From contig CAIUMM010000075.1 in the NCBI GenBank assembly GCA_903900265.1, forward strand, positions 95,125 to 159,124: DNA of 64,000 nt, written 5' to 3'. The position numbers and the translations under genes are program-made. The stretch's first letter is position 1, and every line of letters starts with the position of its first letter. Of the stretch, positions 38,149 to 47,788 are shown piece after piece. Source of the DNA: an uncultured Pseudomonadota bacterium (GTDB lineage: Bacteria; Myxococcota_A; UBA796; SXON01). The notes beneath the pieces were generated by a model. It was not told the origin of the DNA and ran no database searches. It saw only the letters and a program-made list of their open reading frames with translations.

Positions 38149-39552
38149 ATGAACTGGCGCATCGTTTTGCTCGCTGTCGCGTGGGCCGCGGCCCTTGGAT
38201 GCGCGCCCGAACCCGTGATCGACGCGCTCCCCGACGCGGTCGTGATGGTCTCGGACAGCGGGAACCAGCGGTTTGTGTACACTCAGCTTCGAGACCGCGC
38301 CGCCACGCAGACGGTCAACCTGCGGTCGCTGCATCCCGACGACTGCGGTCCTGAATATGGCGGCTCCGCCCCGGCGGACGCGGAGTGCTTGTCGTTTCAG
38401 GCCTTTCCCGAGCAAGACGAGCTGGTGCTGACCTACGATCGCCAAGCGATCGACGGGAACTTCGAGCGCTCGGCGATCGAGCGGATCCGCGTGGATGGCG
38501 CGCCCGACAGCCCGCTGTGGCGGCTCGATGCGCTGGATTTCACGACGAACTACGCAGGTCAGCTCGACATTTGCGCGGCTACCCAGCCTTGCGGGGATGG
38601 CTCGGACATGCCGGACGCGCCGCTCTCCGCGGTGCTGCGTTGCCGCTTGGCCCATGTGCACGACTTCGACGTGCTCGCCGAAGACACAAGCAGCGTGGAT
38701 CTGCTGATCGCCGACACGGTGAACGAGCGCGTGCTGACGGTGCACCTCGACAAGAACACCCGCTGCGGTGTCGTCACCGACGTGCTCTCGAGCGCGGTGC
38801 TCCCCGAGTGGGCGGCGGGGCGCACCCCGAACGACGTCGACGCGGTGCCGCTCGATGACGGCAGCAGCGGGGTGCTCGTCACCTTTCGCTCGTCCAACGG
38901 CGACGTGGAGGCGGGCGGCGTCAGCGGCGGGGACGATGGCAACGGTCTTGTCATGTTGTTTCGTCCCGGGGCAGCGGGCTGGGAGCACGCGTGGACCTAC
39001 CCATCGGTGGGGTTCCTGAACTCGCCGCATGACACCTCGGTGTTTGCGTCAGAGGCGGGCGATCCCTATTTGGTCTACGCCCACTCGGACGGCAACGGCG
39101 TCACGCTGCAAGCCGACTGGCGGCAAGCCCAGGAGTCGCGCGGGAGCATCGGCGTGGCGCTGTTGGGCGATGGGGCCCCGGACTACCGCTTCGACGCGAT
39201 CCTCCCCGCGACCGAGCCCGATGGGGGCTTTGGTTTCTTGCGCTCGGCGTTGCCGTACGGGCAGGATTCGGGCGTAGGCGGCGAGGATTGGCTTGTGGCC
39301 GACAGCGGCTGCATGGCGGTAGAGCCGGGTTGCCCGCGAACGCCCGCCGTTCGCTTCGTTCGTTTTGCGCTGGATGACGAGACCGACGGCGCGGGGACCG
39401 GCGCCTTCGAGGTGGGACACGGGCAGCAGGTGAACGTCTACGCTGAGTCCGAAGGGACGCCGCTCAACTGTGGGTACGGCGCTCCGTACGTCGCGCACTT
39501 GGCGGCGGGCTCTGCGGCCGGCGCGGGGGACCCGAACGTCGTCTGCGAGTAG
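38149..39552 (+). CDS. Hypothetical lipoprotein
   Basis: Lipobox AALGC. 467 aa, beta-rich and Asp/Gly-rich. No confident family assignment. Confidence 0.6.
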   Translation: MNWRIVLLAVAWAAALGCAPEPVIDALPDAVVMVSDSGNQRFVYTQLRDRAATQTVNLRSLHPDDCGPEYGGSAPADAECLSFQAFPEQDELVLTYDRQAIDGNFERSAIERIRVDGAPDSPLWRLDALDFTTNYAGQLDICAATQPCGDGSDMPDAPLSAVLRCRLAHVHDFDVLAEDTSSVDLLIADTVNERVLTVHLDKNTRCGVVTDVLSSAVLPEWAAGRTPNDVDAVPLDDGSSGVLVTFRSSNGDVEAGGVSGGDDGNGLVMLFRPGAAGWEHAWTYPSVGFLNSPHDTSVFASEAGDPYLVYAHSDGNGVTLQADWRQAQESRGSIGVALLGDGAPDYRFDAILPATEPDGGFGFLRSALPYGQDSGVGGEDWLVADSGCMAVEPGCPRTPAVRFVRFALDDETDGAGTGAFEVGHGQQVNVYAESEGTPLNCGYGAPYVAHLAAGSAAGAGDPNVVCE

Positions 39553-39714
39553 CCCGGGGCTCTCTCGTGGGGCAGCGTGTTAGCAGGCCCCACAGAGTGC
39601 AGATTTGAACCGTTTCTATTGCTTTTTCGCCTATGTCGCCGCATGTACGCCTCGTTGTACGAGCTCCCCGCGGTCGGCACCATGCGACGCGGCGTATGAA
39701 GCACCGGTGCGGAT

Positions 39715-41856
39715 GTGAACGCGCATCCCCGTCTTGGGCTGTTCGCGGTGGCGCTGACCTCCGCGCTCGCCGCGCTCAACTTCCTGACCCGCGCGTGGGT
39801 CACCGAGGATGCGTACCTGACCTTCCGCACCATCGACAATTTCGTCCATGGGTACGGTCTGCGCTGGAACATCGACGAGCGCGTACAGGCCTACACGCAC
39901 CCGCTGTGGCTGCTCATCAACCTGCCGGTGTACGCGATGACCCACGAGGTGTTTGCGTCGGTGATCACCGTGTCGCTGGTATGCGCAGGGGCGGGCGTCG
40001 CGTTGCTCTCGCGGCGCCTTGGTGCGGGCGCGCTCGTGGTGTTGCCGGCGCTGTTCGTGTCCAAGTGCGTGACGGAGTTTGCGACGTCGGGGCTCGAAGG
40101 TCCGTTAGGCTACGCGCTGGGCGGAGCCTTCCTCTACGAGCTGGGCGGACGGGGCCGGCTCCGCGTGTTGGCTCTGTTGGCTGCGCTCGCGGCGACGAAC
40201 CGGCAGGATCACGTCCTGATCTACGCGCCGGTGGTGCTCGCGGTCGCGGTGCTCGCCGTGCGCGCGGGGGAGTTGCGCGCGGGGGCAGTGCGGCGCGTAG
40301 CCGTCGATCTGCTGCTTGGTGCGCTCCCGCTGCTTGCGTGGGAGGCGTTCAGCCTCTTCTACTATGGCAGCTTGTACCCCAACACCGCGTACGCCAAGCT
40401 GAGCACGGGGCTGGGCGCGTCGGATTTTGCGCCTCAGGGCTTGGCGTATGCGGTGGATTTCCTGAGCCGGGATCCTGCATCGGCGGTGATCCTCGTCTCC
40501 GGGATGGTCGCGGGCCTCTGGGCGACGGGAGACCGCCGGCTCGGCGCGCTCGCCGTCGGACTCGCCGCGTACTCCTTGTACATCGTGCGCGTCGGCGGCG
40601 ACTTCATGAGCGGGCGCTTCTACGCGGTCCCGACCTTCCTCGCGCTCGGCCTGCTCGCTGAGGTCGCTCGATCGCACGTACCCCCACGCGTTGCCCTCCC
40701 GGGCTCGCTCGGCCTAAGCGCGCTGCTGCTGCTCGTGTTCCCTCGCTCCGCTACCTTCGCGGTCCCGACCGGCACGCTCCCGCAGACCGGCATCGTCGAT
40801 GAGCGCCTCGCCTACGTGGACACCAACGCCATCGAGCGGGTGAGCCGGACGAATTCGCCGGAGTCGCACGTGTTCTCGAGGGACGGGCGGGTCGCGCGGC
40901 GGGAAGGGGAGGCCGCGCGCGCCGCTGGCCATGCCTTCGTCGTGCAGGCGATCACCGTCGGAATGCTGGGCTACTACGCCGGGCCCGATGTCGTCGTGGT
41001 CGATGCCGTGGCGCTGGGGGACCCGTTGCTGGCGCGCTTGCCGATGGATGATGTCCGCGCGTGGCGAGTCGGTCATTACGCGCGCTACGTGCCGCGTGGG
41101 TACCTGAAGTATCGGGGCTCGGGAGATGCGTCGGACATGGACGCTGCGCTCACCCGGTACATGGAGCATGTCCGGTTGATCGTTTCGGGCGACCTCTTCG
41201 ATCCTGCGCGTCTTGCCGCGATCGTACAGTGGAACCTCGGGGCCTTCGACGCGGATCTCGACGACTACGCTGCCCGTCGCCTCGCTTCGGTGGACCGCAC
41301 CGTGGTCGACCGGGATGCGACGCGGGGGGCCGCGTCGATGGTGACCGGCGGTGCGGTGAACTGGGGCAGCGTGATTCCTGCGGTACCGGCGCCGGTCAGT
41401 CCGGCGGCGCCTGTGGCCCCGGTCAGCCCGGCGGCCCCGGTCAGCCCGGCGGCCCCGGTCAGTCCGGCGGTTCCTGTCCGCCCAGCCACGGCCAGCGTCA
41501 CTGAGGTGCCTCTGGCTTCCGTGTCCACCCCCCGCGCCGCGCGTACCCCCTGGAACGCGGCTGGCAATATCCTTGTTCCCGTGGGCGGCACGGTGCGTTT
41601 CGTCGCGGCCGCACCGATGACGGCGCGTACTGTCGAGGTCGCTGCGGACGCCAGCGACGACTACGTGTTGCGGTTCTACGCGGATACCACACTGCTGGGC
41701 GAGGCCCGCGGATCAAGCGACGATGCGAAGAGCCCGGGTCTGTACTTGCGGAAGCTCACGCTGCCGGAGGCGATGGTCGACCAGAAGTTCAACCGTGTCG
41801 AGGTGTCCGCTACGGGCGACGCCGCGCTGTCGATCGGGCATCTCCTGTTTCGGTGA
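39715..41856 (+). CDS. Polytopic membrane protein, GT-C-like glycosyltransferase (tentative) with extracytoplasmic C-terminal domain
   Basis: About 10 TM helices. The first loop motif ..WVTEDAYLTFRTIDNFVHGYGLRWNIDERVQAYTHPLW.. resembles ArnT/arabinofuranosyltransferase-type GT-C enzymes. This is followed by a soluble region, a PVSPAA repeat linker and a ~130-aa terminal domain. Confidence 0.65.
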   Translation: MNAHPRLGLFAVALTSALAALNFLTRAWVTEDAYLTFRTIDNFVHGYGLRWNIDERVQAYTHPLWLLINLPVYAMTHEVFASVITVSLVCAGAGVALLSRRLGAGALVVLPALFVSKCVTEFATSGLEGPLGYALGGAFLYELGGRGRLRVLALLAALAATNRQDHVLIYAPVVLAVAVLAVRAGELRAGAVRRVAVDLLLGALPLLAWEAFSLFYYGSLYPNTAYAKLSTGLGASDFAPQGLAYAVDFLSRDPASAVILVSGMVAGLWATGDRRLGALAVGLAAYSLYIVRVGGDFMSGRFYAVPTFLALGLLAEVARSHVPPRVALPGSLGLSALLLLVFPRSATFAVPTGTLPQTGIVDERLAYVDTNAIERVSRTNSPESHVFSRDGRVARREGEAARAAGHAFVVQAITVGMLGYYAGPDVVVVDAVALGDPLLARLPMDDVRAWRVGHYARYVPRGYLKYRGSGDASDMDAALTRYMEHVRLIVSGDLFDPARLAAIVQWNLGAFDADLDDYAARRLASVDRTVVDRDATRGAASMVTGGAVNWGSVIPAVPAPVSPAAPVAPVSPAAPVSPAAPVSPAVPVRPATASVTEVPLASVSTPRAARTPWNAAGNILVPVGGTVRFVAAAPMTARTVEVAADASDDYVLRFYADTTLLGEARGSSDDAKSPGLYLRKLTLPEAMVDQKFNRVEVSATGDAALSIGHLLFR
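41392..41472 (+). repeat. 18-bp coding tandem repeats (PVSPAA)n
   Basis: ccggtcag(c/t)ccggcggc(c/g) units at 41392-41409, 41419-41436, 41437-41454 and 41455-41472. Confidence 0.9.
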
Positions 41857-41897
41857 CAGGCCGCGGCGGTGGTCCGCGGCCCAGATGCGCGAAAGGC

Positions 41898-43109
41898 TCA
41901 GCGCCCCTTCGGCGCGAGGGTCGGCGGGGGACCGGGAGGGCGAGGGGGCATGCCGGGCATTCCGGGAGGCGCGCCCGGGGGAGCCGCTGCCGGTTTGTCG
42001 CTGCCCGGGGGCTTGGTGAGCGCCGGGGGAGGCTTGACCGCCTTGGGCTTCTCGGGGGGGACGCGCCCTTCGAGGATGTCGTCCACGTCGGCAAAGCAGT
42101 CCTCTGCCGGCCCCTTCGAGAGCTTGACCAGACCACGCGTGTAGTCGCCTCGGGCGAACCACTCGTCGCCCGCATGGAGCACGTGAATGGTCTGCTCGGG
42201 CTTGCCCTCTGAGCGGAAGGTGACGTCGAAGCCCGCTTCAACCGCAGCCGGCTCCTCGCCGTCCTGCACGTAGGCCGTGGACTTCAGCTTGAGCGCCAGC
42301 TCCATCCAGTTCCCGAACGTCGAGTCCTTGGTGGTCGGCGCTTCCGCGGGCGAGCCGTCTGCGGGAGGTGCGCTCACGCCGTCGGTGATCGGCGCAGCGC
42401 CGTCTCGCTCCCAGTAGGCCGCGGCTTTGTCGTCCTTGTTGGCGTGCTTCCACGCGACGCTGGTGCCGCCTTGGCCCAGAGAGACCGAGGTGATCTGCTC
42501 TGGCTTGAGGTCGGTGAGCGCGCGCTCGGGAAGGCGGGTGCTGGCGAACTTCAGCGACTTGAACACTTCGTCGTCCACCACATAGACCTTGTTGGACGCG
42601 GAGTCTTTCACGTACCGGTCTTTGGTGCCGTAGGTCTCTCCGCCCAACAGAAGGGTGCGGTCCTGGCTGCCGATCTGCACGCGCATCGAGGTGTCCGGCG
42701 CGGTCAGGCCGAAGGACTCGATCTTGTCCACCGGCACCTCGGCCAGCTCCCGCACCGCCATGAGCGGGGCGAGGCTCTCAAGCAGCTTGTCGTTGCCGCT
42801 GCCCGCCTTGAACTTGGAGATTTTGGTCTCGCTGGTCTCGGTGAACTCGCCGGGCTTATCGGTCACGGGGGTCTTTTTCTTCTTGATCTCGGTGACGGTC
42901 ACCCAGCCGTAGCTGCCGAGCGCGTCGCTGCGGATCTCGTACTCCACGGTCAAGTCCGGGGCTTTGTACGTCGCTCCCTTCAGGTCCGCCTTCGTGCCGT
43001 CGACGAGCACGATGCCCTCCTTGGGCTTCTCTACGTCGGCGGTGAACTGCACCCAGGAGGCGCCCATCGTGACCAGCAGGATTCCACCAAACAGCGCAAC
43101 CGACTTCAT
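41898..43109 (-). CDS. DUF4340-like protein (GldG-system accessory)
   Basis: Single N-terminal TM segment. ..IESFGLTAPDTSMRVQIGSQDRTLLLGGETYGTKDRYV.. fits the DUF4340 pattern. ATGA overlap with the upstream GldG-like gene. Pro-rich C-terminus. Confidence 0.7.
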   Translation of the reverse strand: MKSVALFGGILLVTMGASWVQFTADVEKPKEGIVLVDGTKADLKGATYKAPDLTVEYEIRSDALGSYGWVTVTEIKKKKTPVTDKPGEFTETSETKISKFKAGSGNDKLLESLAPLMAVRELAEVPVDKIESFGLTAPDTSMRVQIGSQDRTLLLGGETYGTKDRYVKDSASNKVYVVDDEVFKSLKFASTRLPERALTDLKPEQITSVSLGQGGTSVAWKHANKDDKAAAYWERDGAAPITDGVSAPPADGSPAEAPTTKDSTFGNWMELALKLKSTAYVQDGEEPAAVEAGFDVTFRSEGKPEQTIHVLHAGDEWFARGDYTRGLVKLSKGPAEDCFADVDDILEGRVPPEKPKAVKPPPALTKPPGSDKPAAAPPGAPPGMPGMPPRPPGPPPTLAPKGR

Positions 43110-44947
43110 GACGCATTCCCCTTGACTTTACGGGACCGTACGCGGAGCATTCCGAACAGGAACACCACCGCCGGCACAAGCGCGCTGGTCCCGTAGAACC
43201 ACATCGCTTCGCCTTCTTTCGTGTGTTGGATCTTGATGTCCTCTTCGGTCTCGGTCTCGCCGGTGAGCGCAGGATCCTGCGTCAGCCAGCCCATCGTCGA
43301 CACGAGGTACACCGCGTTGGCCTGATTCTTCAGGATCGCGTTGGACATCCACGTCGCGTCGCCGACCACGGCGGCGCGCCACTCTTTGTTGCCGTCCGCG
43401 GGGCCGCTCGCGACGGAGGCGATCTCCAGCCCGCCGCGCTTCTCGCCGACCATCGAGATCGTGCCGTCCGCTGCAGGCGTAGGATCCTTGTCGAACTGGA
43501 AGTTGCCGTTGGTGTCCGCCCACCACTCCGGCATCGCCTTGATGGTGTTCGTGACCTTTCCGGCGTGCTCTTGCAGCTCGGCGATGCTCCCGACGCCCGG
43601 GGTGATGAACGTCGCCTGTTGGGCGTTCTTCGACAGCGTGGTGATCGACTCGTGCGAGCTGTACTTGTTGGTGCCGACGAAGGCATGATCGCTGGGACCG
43701 CCGGTGACCTTCAAGAACGCTTTGTCGCTCATCAGCGGGAGGTCGCCGAAGCCGACGCCGGCGAGCGCGGCGAGCGCTGGATCGGAGACGTCATCCGGGC
43801 CCGAAGCGGGCTCGAGGTTGATGAACAGCGCGCCGCCGTGCTGGCGGTAGTCCTGCAGGGCCTTGATCTCTTCGGGGAGGAACGCGCGGCGCGGGCCGAC
43901 CACGAACACCACTGCGGCGTCGTCCGGGACCGCCTGAGCGAGGCCGTCATCGACGCCGAGCTCTTTGACCTTGAGGTTCAACCCTTCGAGGACCTTCTTG
44001 GCCATGTCGATGTTGGTGAACTCGTCGGCCGCGCCCTTCCAGTACAGCTCTTCGTGGCCGACGGTGAAGTAGACGGTGCGCTTGTCGCGCGCGAGCTTCA
44101 GCAGCGCGGTCTGAACCTTGCTGTCGAGCTTACGAAGGTCCTTGCGGGCTTTGTCGAGATCATCGTCGAGCTTGACCGACTCGGTCTGCTCGTCGTCTCC
44201 TTGTCCCTTCACGAACACGATGGTGCCGTTGTCCCGGACCTTCCAAGCCTTGGCCTGTTCGGGGTCCATGGTCTGATCCATCACCTCAACTTGCAGGTTG
44301 GAACCGGCGAGATCGTCGAAGTACGGCCGCACTTCCCGAAGCACCTCGCTCGACGGCGGGAAGAACAACACGACGCGCATCGGCTCGGTCATGCTCTCGA
44401 CCGCGGCGCGCGTGGAGCTTCCGACGGCGGTGGTCTTGAAGAACCCGTAGTCGAAGCGCTTGTTGTACTCGGTCGCGAGGTAGTTGATCGGGAACAGCAT
44501 CCCGATGCCGAAGGCCACCGCGAGGCCGCCTTCGAGCGCGTTGCGCAGACGCCCCGGATGTACGCTGTGCGGGCTCGCCGACAGGGTCGCGTCGATCGCG
44601 AGCGCGGGCAGCGCGCCCGTGAGCCACACCAACGGGATGAGCGCTTCGAGCGCGACACGCAGGTGTTCGGCTTTCTCCTGCGTAAGTCCCAGCATCGCCA
44701 CGCTGTCGCGCATCGACGCGATGTAGATCAGCCCGGAGAGCATCGAGAGCCCGAACAGGCCCAGCGAGAGCTTCGTCGCTTTGGGATGGCGCTTCCAGCT
44801 GGTGGCGCGGCCCGCGAGCGCAGAGCCGATGAGCACCATTCCAAGCAGCAACAGCGGCCAGCGCACCATGTCGTTGGCGGAGAACATCCGCTCGGCGAGG
44901 AAGATGGCAAAGCTGCCTACAACATACAATATACCTGCGGAACTCAT
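43106..44947 (-). CDS. GldG-like ABC-transport auxiliary protein with N-terminal multi-TM region
   Basis: Several N-terminal TM helices, a large soluble domain and a C-terminal TM segment. ATGA overlaps with both neighbouring genes. Start set at ATG 44945-44947. Confidence 0.8.
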   Translation of the reverse strand: MSSAGILYVVGSFAIFLAERMFSANDMVRWPLLLLGMVLIGSALAGRATSWKRHPKATKLSLGLFGLSMLSGLIYIASMRDSVAMLGLTQEKAEHLRVALEALIPLVWLTGALPALAIDATLSASPHSVHPGRLRNALEGGLAVAFGIGMLFPINYLATEYNKRFDYGFFKTTAVGSSTRAAVESMTEPMRVVLFFPPSSEVLREVRPYFDDLAGSNLQVEVMDQTMDPEQAKAWKVRDNGTIVFVKGQGDDEQTESVKLDDDLDKARKDLRKLDSKVQTALLKLARDKRTVYFTVGHEELYWKGAADEFTNIDMAKKVLEGLNLKVKELGVDDGLAQAVPDDAAVVFVVGPRRAFLPEEIKALQDYRQHGGALFINLEPASGPDDVSDPALAALAGVGFGDLPLMSDKAFLKVTGGPSDHAFVGTNKYSSHESITTLSKNAQQATFITPGVGSIAELQEHAGKVTNTIKAMPEWWADTNGNFQFDKDPTPAADGTISMVGEKRGGLEIASVASGPADGNKEWRAAVVGDATWMSNAILKNQANAVYLVSTMGWLTQDPALTGETETEEDIKIQHTKEGEAMWFYGTSALVPAVVFLFGMLRVRSRKVKGNAS

Positions 44948-45669
44948 TCCCACCTCCGCGCGATCAAGCTGCGCGTGGCCAACAGAAGAAAGGCAAAGCT
45001 GACCGACACGAAGAACACGATGCCTTCGGTGTTGATCCGCCCTTCCTGGAAGGGTGAAAGATGCTTGTCAAAGAACGCCATGTAGGCGAACAGGCCCTTG
45101 AACGGGGCGTCCAGCACGCGGGAGAGCATCCAGCACATCACGAAGAACAACGTGACGGCGGCTGCGATCACCAGCGCGATCAGCTGGTTCCGCGAGATCG
45201 CGGAGGCCCAGGTGCCGATCGCGATGCCGGCGGATCCGAGCAGGAACAGCCCGAGGTAGCCGACGCCGATCTCCTCGGCGCTGACCTTGCCGTTGACCAT
45301 CACCATCGCCGGCATGAACGACGTCAGCGCGAGGAACAACCCGAGGAACATCAACCCGGACAGGTACTTGCCAAGCACCGACTGCACTTCGGAGAGCGGC
45401 GACGACTCCAGCAGGACGATGGTGCCGGTCTGCCGCTCTTCGGCGAACAAGCGCATGGTGATCGCCACCGCCGCGAACAGCGCCACGCCGCCGGTGATCA
45501 GGAAGAAGTCGGTGAGGACCTCCGCCGAGTAGCGCGCGGTCGAGGTCAGCGCGAAGGCGTTGAACAACAGCCCGTCGATCAGCAGCGCGAGCGACAGGAT
45601 CACCCAGCCCCACAAGGTGTTTACAAACGCCGAAAAGTCGCGGCGTGCGATCAACCAGATACCGCTCAT
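44944..45669 (-). CDS. ABC-2 type transporter permease
   Basis: Trimmed to MSGIWLIARRDFSAF.. (ATG 45667-45669, ATGA overlap with the ATPase stop). 6-TM ABC-2 pattern. Confidence 0.85.
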   Translation of the reverse strand: MSGIWLIARRDFSAFVNTLWGWVILSLALLIDGLLFNAFALTSTARYSAEVLTDFFLITGGVALFAAVAITMRLFAEERQTGTIVLLESSPLSEVQSVLGKYLSGLMFLGLFLALTSFMPAMVMVNGKVSAEEIGVGYLGLFLLGSAGIAIGTWASAISRNQLIALVIAAAVTLFFVMCWMLSRVLDAPFKGLFAYMAFFDKHLSPFQEGRINTEGIVFFVSVSFAFLLLATRSLIARRWE

Positions 45670-46604
45670 GAGGCCTCCTTCGTCAGGCCGAGGAAGATCT
45701 GTTCCAGCTCGCCGTCGTCTTCCACGATGCGTCGAACGCCGACGCCGTTGTTGACCAACGCGGCCACGAGGACCTCCTTGGCGTCTTCTGCTCCCGCGCT
45801 CGCGAGCGTCACGTGGGCGCGCGTCAGCCCGCCGGCTTCTTCGCGAAGCTCGATGTTGGTGGCGCGCGCGGTGGTGCACGCGCGTTGGATGGCTTCGGCC
45901 GATCCGCGCAGCAGCGCGGTGACCCGAGCGCTTCCGCCTGCGCGCGCGGCCAGCTCGGCTTCGGTGCCGGCAGCGACGATCTTGCCGCCGTTGAGCACGA
46001 TCAGGCGGTCACAGGTCTCGGAGATCTCCGAGAGGATGTGCGAGCTGATGATCACCGTGGCGTCTTTGGCGAGGTTCCGGATCACCTGGCGCATCTCGAC
46101 GATCTGCTTGGGATCAAGACCGGAGATCGGCTCGTCCAGAATGACGACGCTGGGCTTGTGGATGATCGCCTGCGCGATGCCGCAGCGCTTGCGGTAGCCG
46201 TGCGAGAGCTCGCCGATCAGCTGATGTTGGCGCGCGGTGAGCTGGGCGAGCGCGATGACCTCATCGAGGCGCGCGGCGACCGCAGCGCGGGGCATGCCCT
46301 TGAGCTGGCCGCAGTAGAGCACGAACTCCCGTACGGTCATCTCTTTGTACAGCGGCGGATCTTCGGGGAGGTAGCCGATGCGCGAGCGGAACTGCGCGCC
46401 GGAGCTCACGAGGTCCGCGCCGTCGATGGTGACGGTGCCGCCCGTGGGGACGAGCAGGCCGGCGAGCACCTTCATCGTGGTGGACTTGCCAGCGCCGTTG
46501 AGGCCGAGCAGACCGACACATTCGTTCTGCTGGATGGTGAACGAGAGCCCTTCGACTGCCCGGCGGTCGCCGTAGTAGTGCGAGAGGCCTTCAACCGTGA
46601 TCAT
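45666..46604 (-). CDS. ABC transporter ATP-binding protein
   Basis: Walker A GLNGAGKST, signature LSHGYRKRC, Walker B VVILDEPISGLD. Confidence 0.9.
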   Translation of the reverse strand: MITVEGLSHYYGDRRAVEGLSFTIQQNECVGLLGLNGAGKSTTMKVLAGLLVPTGGTVTIDGADLVSSGAQFRSRIGYLPEDPPLYKEMTVREFVLYCGQLKGMPRAAVAARLDEVIALAQLTARQHQLIGELSHGYRKRCGIAQAIIHKPSVVILDEPISGLDPKQIVEMRQVIRNLAKDATVIISSHILSEISETCDRLIVLNGGKIVAAGTEAELAARAGGSARVTALLRGSAEAIQRACTTARATNIELREEAGGLTRAHVTLASAGAEDAKEVLVAALVNNGVGVRRIVEDDGELEQIFLGLTKEAS

Positions 46605-46699
46605 TGTGGATTCCGGGGGTTGTTGTTCGAATGTGCGTCGTCACGCGATTTCCCGTGCGGCGCATGGGCGGCGGTAGAACGCCAGTTCGTCAGGGCGCG

Positions 46700-47788
46700 T
46701 CACTTAGTCGAACCGGGGAGGTCCGCAAGGGGTTGGCTTGTCATGGCTTGTATTAGCGGCTCGGCGGTCACCCATGCGCGCAGCATGCCCAGCCCCATCT
46801 TGACGTGGCGGGCGGGCTCTCGGGGGTTGTACCAGCGGAAATAGGTGTGCAGGTCGGGCAGGCCTTCAATGCCCGAGCGGGTGGTCTCGACCAGAAACGC
46901 GGGGATGCCAAACTCGCCGTAGACGTGGTCGATCTCCATGCCCAGCCCGCGAAAAAAGAAGGCCCATCGCGACAGTTGCCGCGGCCGGTATGCGTGCGGG
47001 CCCATGCCTCCTTGCATGGTCTCGGCGATTCCTTGCATGCGTCCCCAGTCGGGCGCGCGCTCGAACAGGCCGGCCCACGGGTAGTAAATGAAGCCGCCGA
47101 AGCTGTGCAGGGACACGAAGCCTGAGAACGGGACGTCGCTTGTGTTGCGCAGCAGCTGGTCGATCGCGCGGGTCTCGGGTTGGGACAAAGGCGCCGGCGA
47201 GGTCGTGTATCGGCCGGGGATCAGGTGGCGCCAGATCGCCTTGCTCTCCCGGTTCACCGACCAGTCCCGGTTCAGGTCCACCTGGGCTTCATTCCCGCGG
47301 CGATACAGATTGCGGCCCGCTACCAGATCCGCCTCTACCCGCGCCCTTCCGTCGGGGTTCAGGATCGGCACGACGACGACCTCGACGCCGGGCTCGGGCT
47401 TCGCGGCGTAGTCGAGCACGAACGCGAGCGCGTCTTCGGTCGGGATCCACTCCATCGCGTGAATGTTGGCGATGAGCAGGAGCCGCTTTTGCACCGGCAC
47501 GGCCGTGTCATGCACCGAGAACGCCCAGATCGGACGGTGAGCCAGCGACTCGCCGAGGCGCTGGGCTTCGATCACGCCGGGCCGCGCGGCCGCTGCATCG
47601 GCGATGGCGTGAAAAACCTCGGCGGCAAAGTGGTATTGCGGCTCGGGGTGTACATCCGCGTGCTGCCGCAGCACCCACGCGCTGAACGGCGCGCCCTTGC
47701 CTTCGGGTTCGGGCTCCGCCGCTGCGGGCTCCGCCGCTGCGACGCTGCACATCCTCGCCGTCAGCAGCGCCCAAAGGACAGCGATCAC
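46700..47788 (-). CDS. M14-family zinc carboxypeptidase (secreted)
   Basis: Signal-like N-terminus. ..IANIHAMEWIPTE.., ..PILNPDGR.. and ..LHSFGG.. match M14 Zn-ligand and substrate-site regions. GTG start overlaps the upstream stop (GTGA). Confidence 0.8.
   Translation of the reverse strand: MIAVLWALLTARMCSVAAAEPAAAEPEPEGKGAPFSAWVLRQHADVHPEPQYHFAAEVFHAIADAAAARPGVIEAQRLGESLAHRPIWAFSVHDTAVPVQKRLLLIANIHAMEWIPTEDALAFVLDYAAKPEPGVEVVVVPILNPDGRARVEADLVAGRNLYRRGNEAQVDLNRDWSVNRESKAIWRHLIPGRYTTSPAPLSQPETRAIDQLLRNTSDVPFSGFVSLHSFGGFIYYPWAGLFERAPDWGRMQGIAETMQGGMGPHAYRPRQLSRWAFFFRGLGMEIDHVYGEFGIPAFLVETTRSGIEGLPDLHTYFRWYNPREPARHVKMGLGMLRAWVTAEPLIQAMTSQPLADLPGSTK

Noticed and set aside
39567-39640. Hairpin gtggggc...gccccac plus a T-rich stretch, and a TTGAAC box, in the spacer before the GT-C-like gene
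   Set aside because: The loop is 13 nt, the T-run is ~20 nt from the stem, and no acceptable -10 sits at 16-19 nt from TTGAAC. This does not support a terminator or promoter call.
43223-45085. 620-aa plus-strand ORF opposite the second GldG-like and permease genes
   Set aside because: Shadow ORF. It crosses a gene boundary on the other strand and has no motifs.
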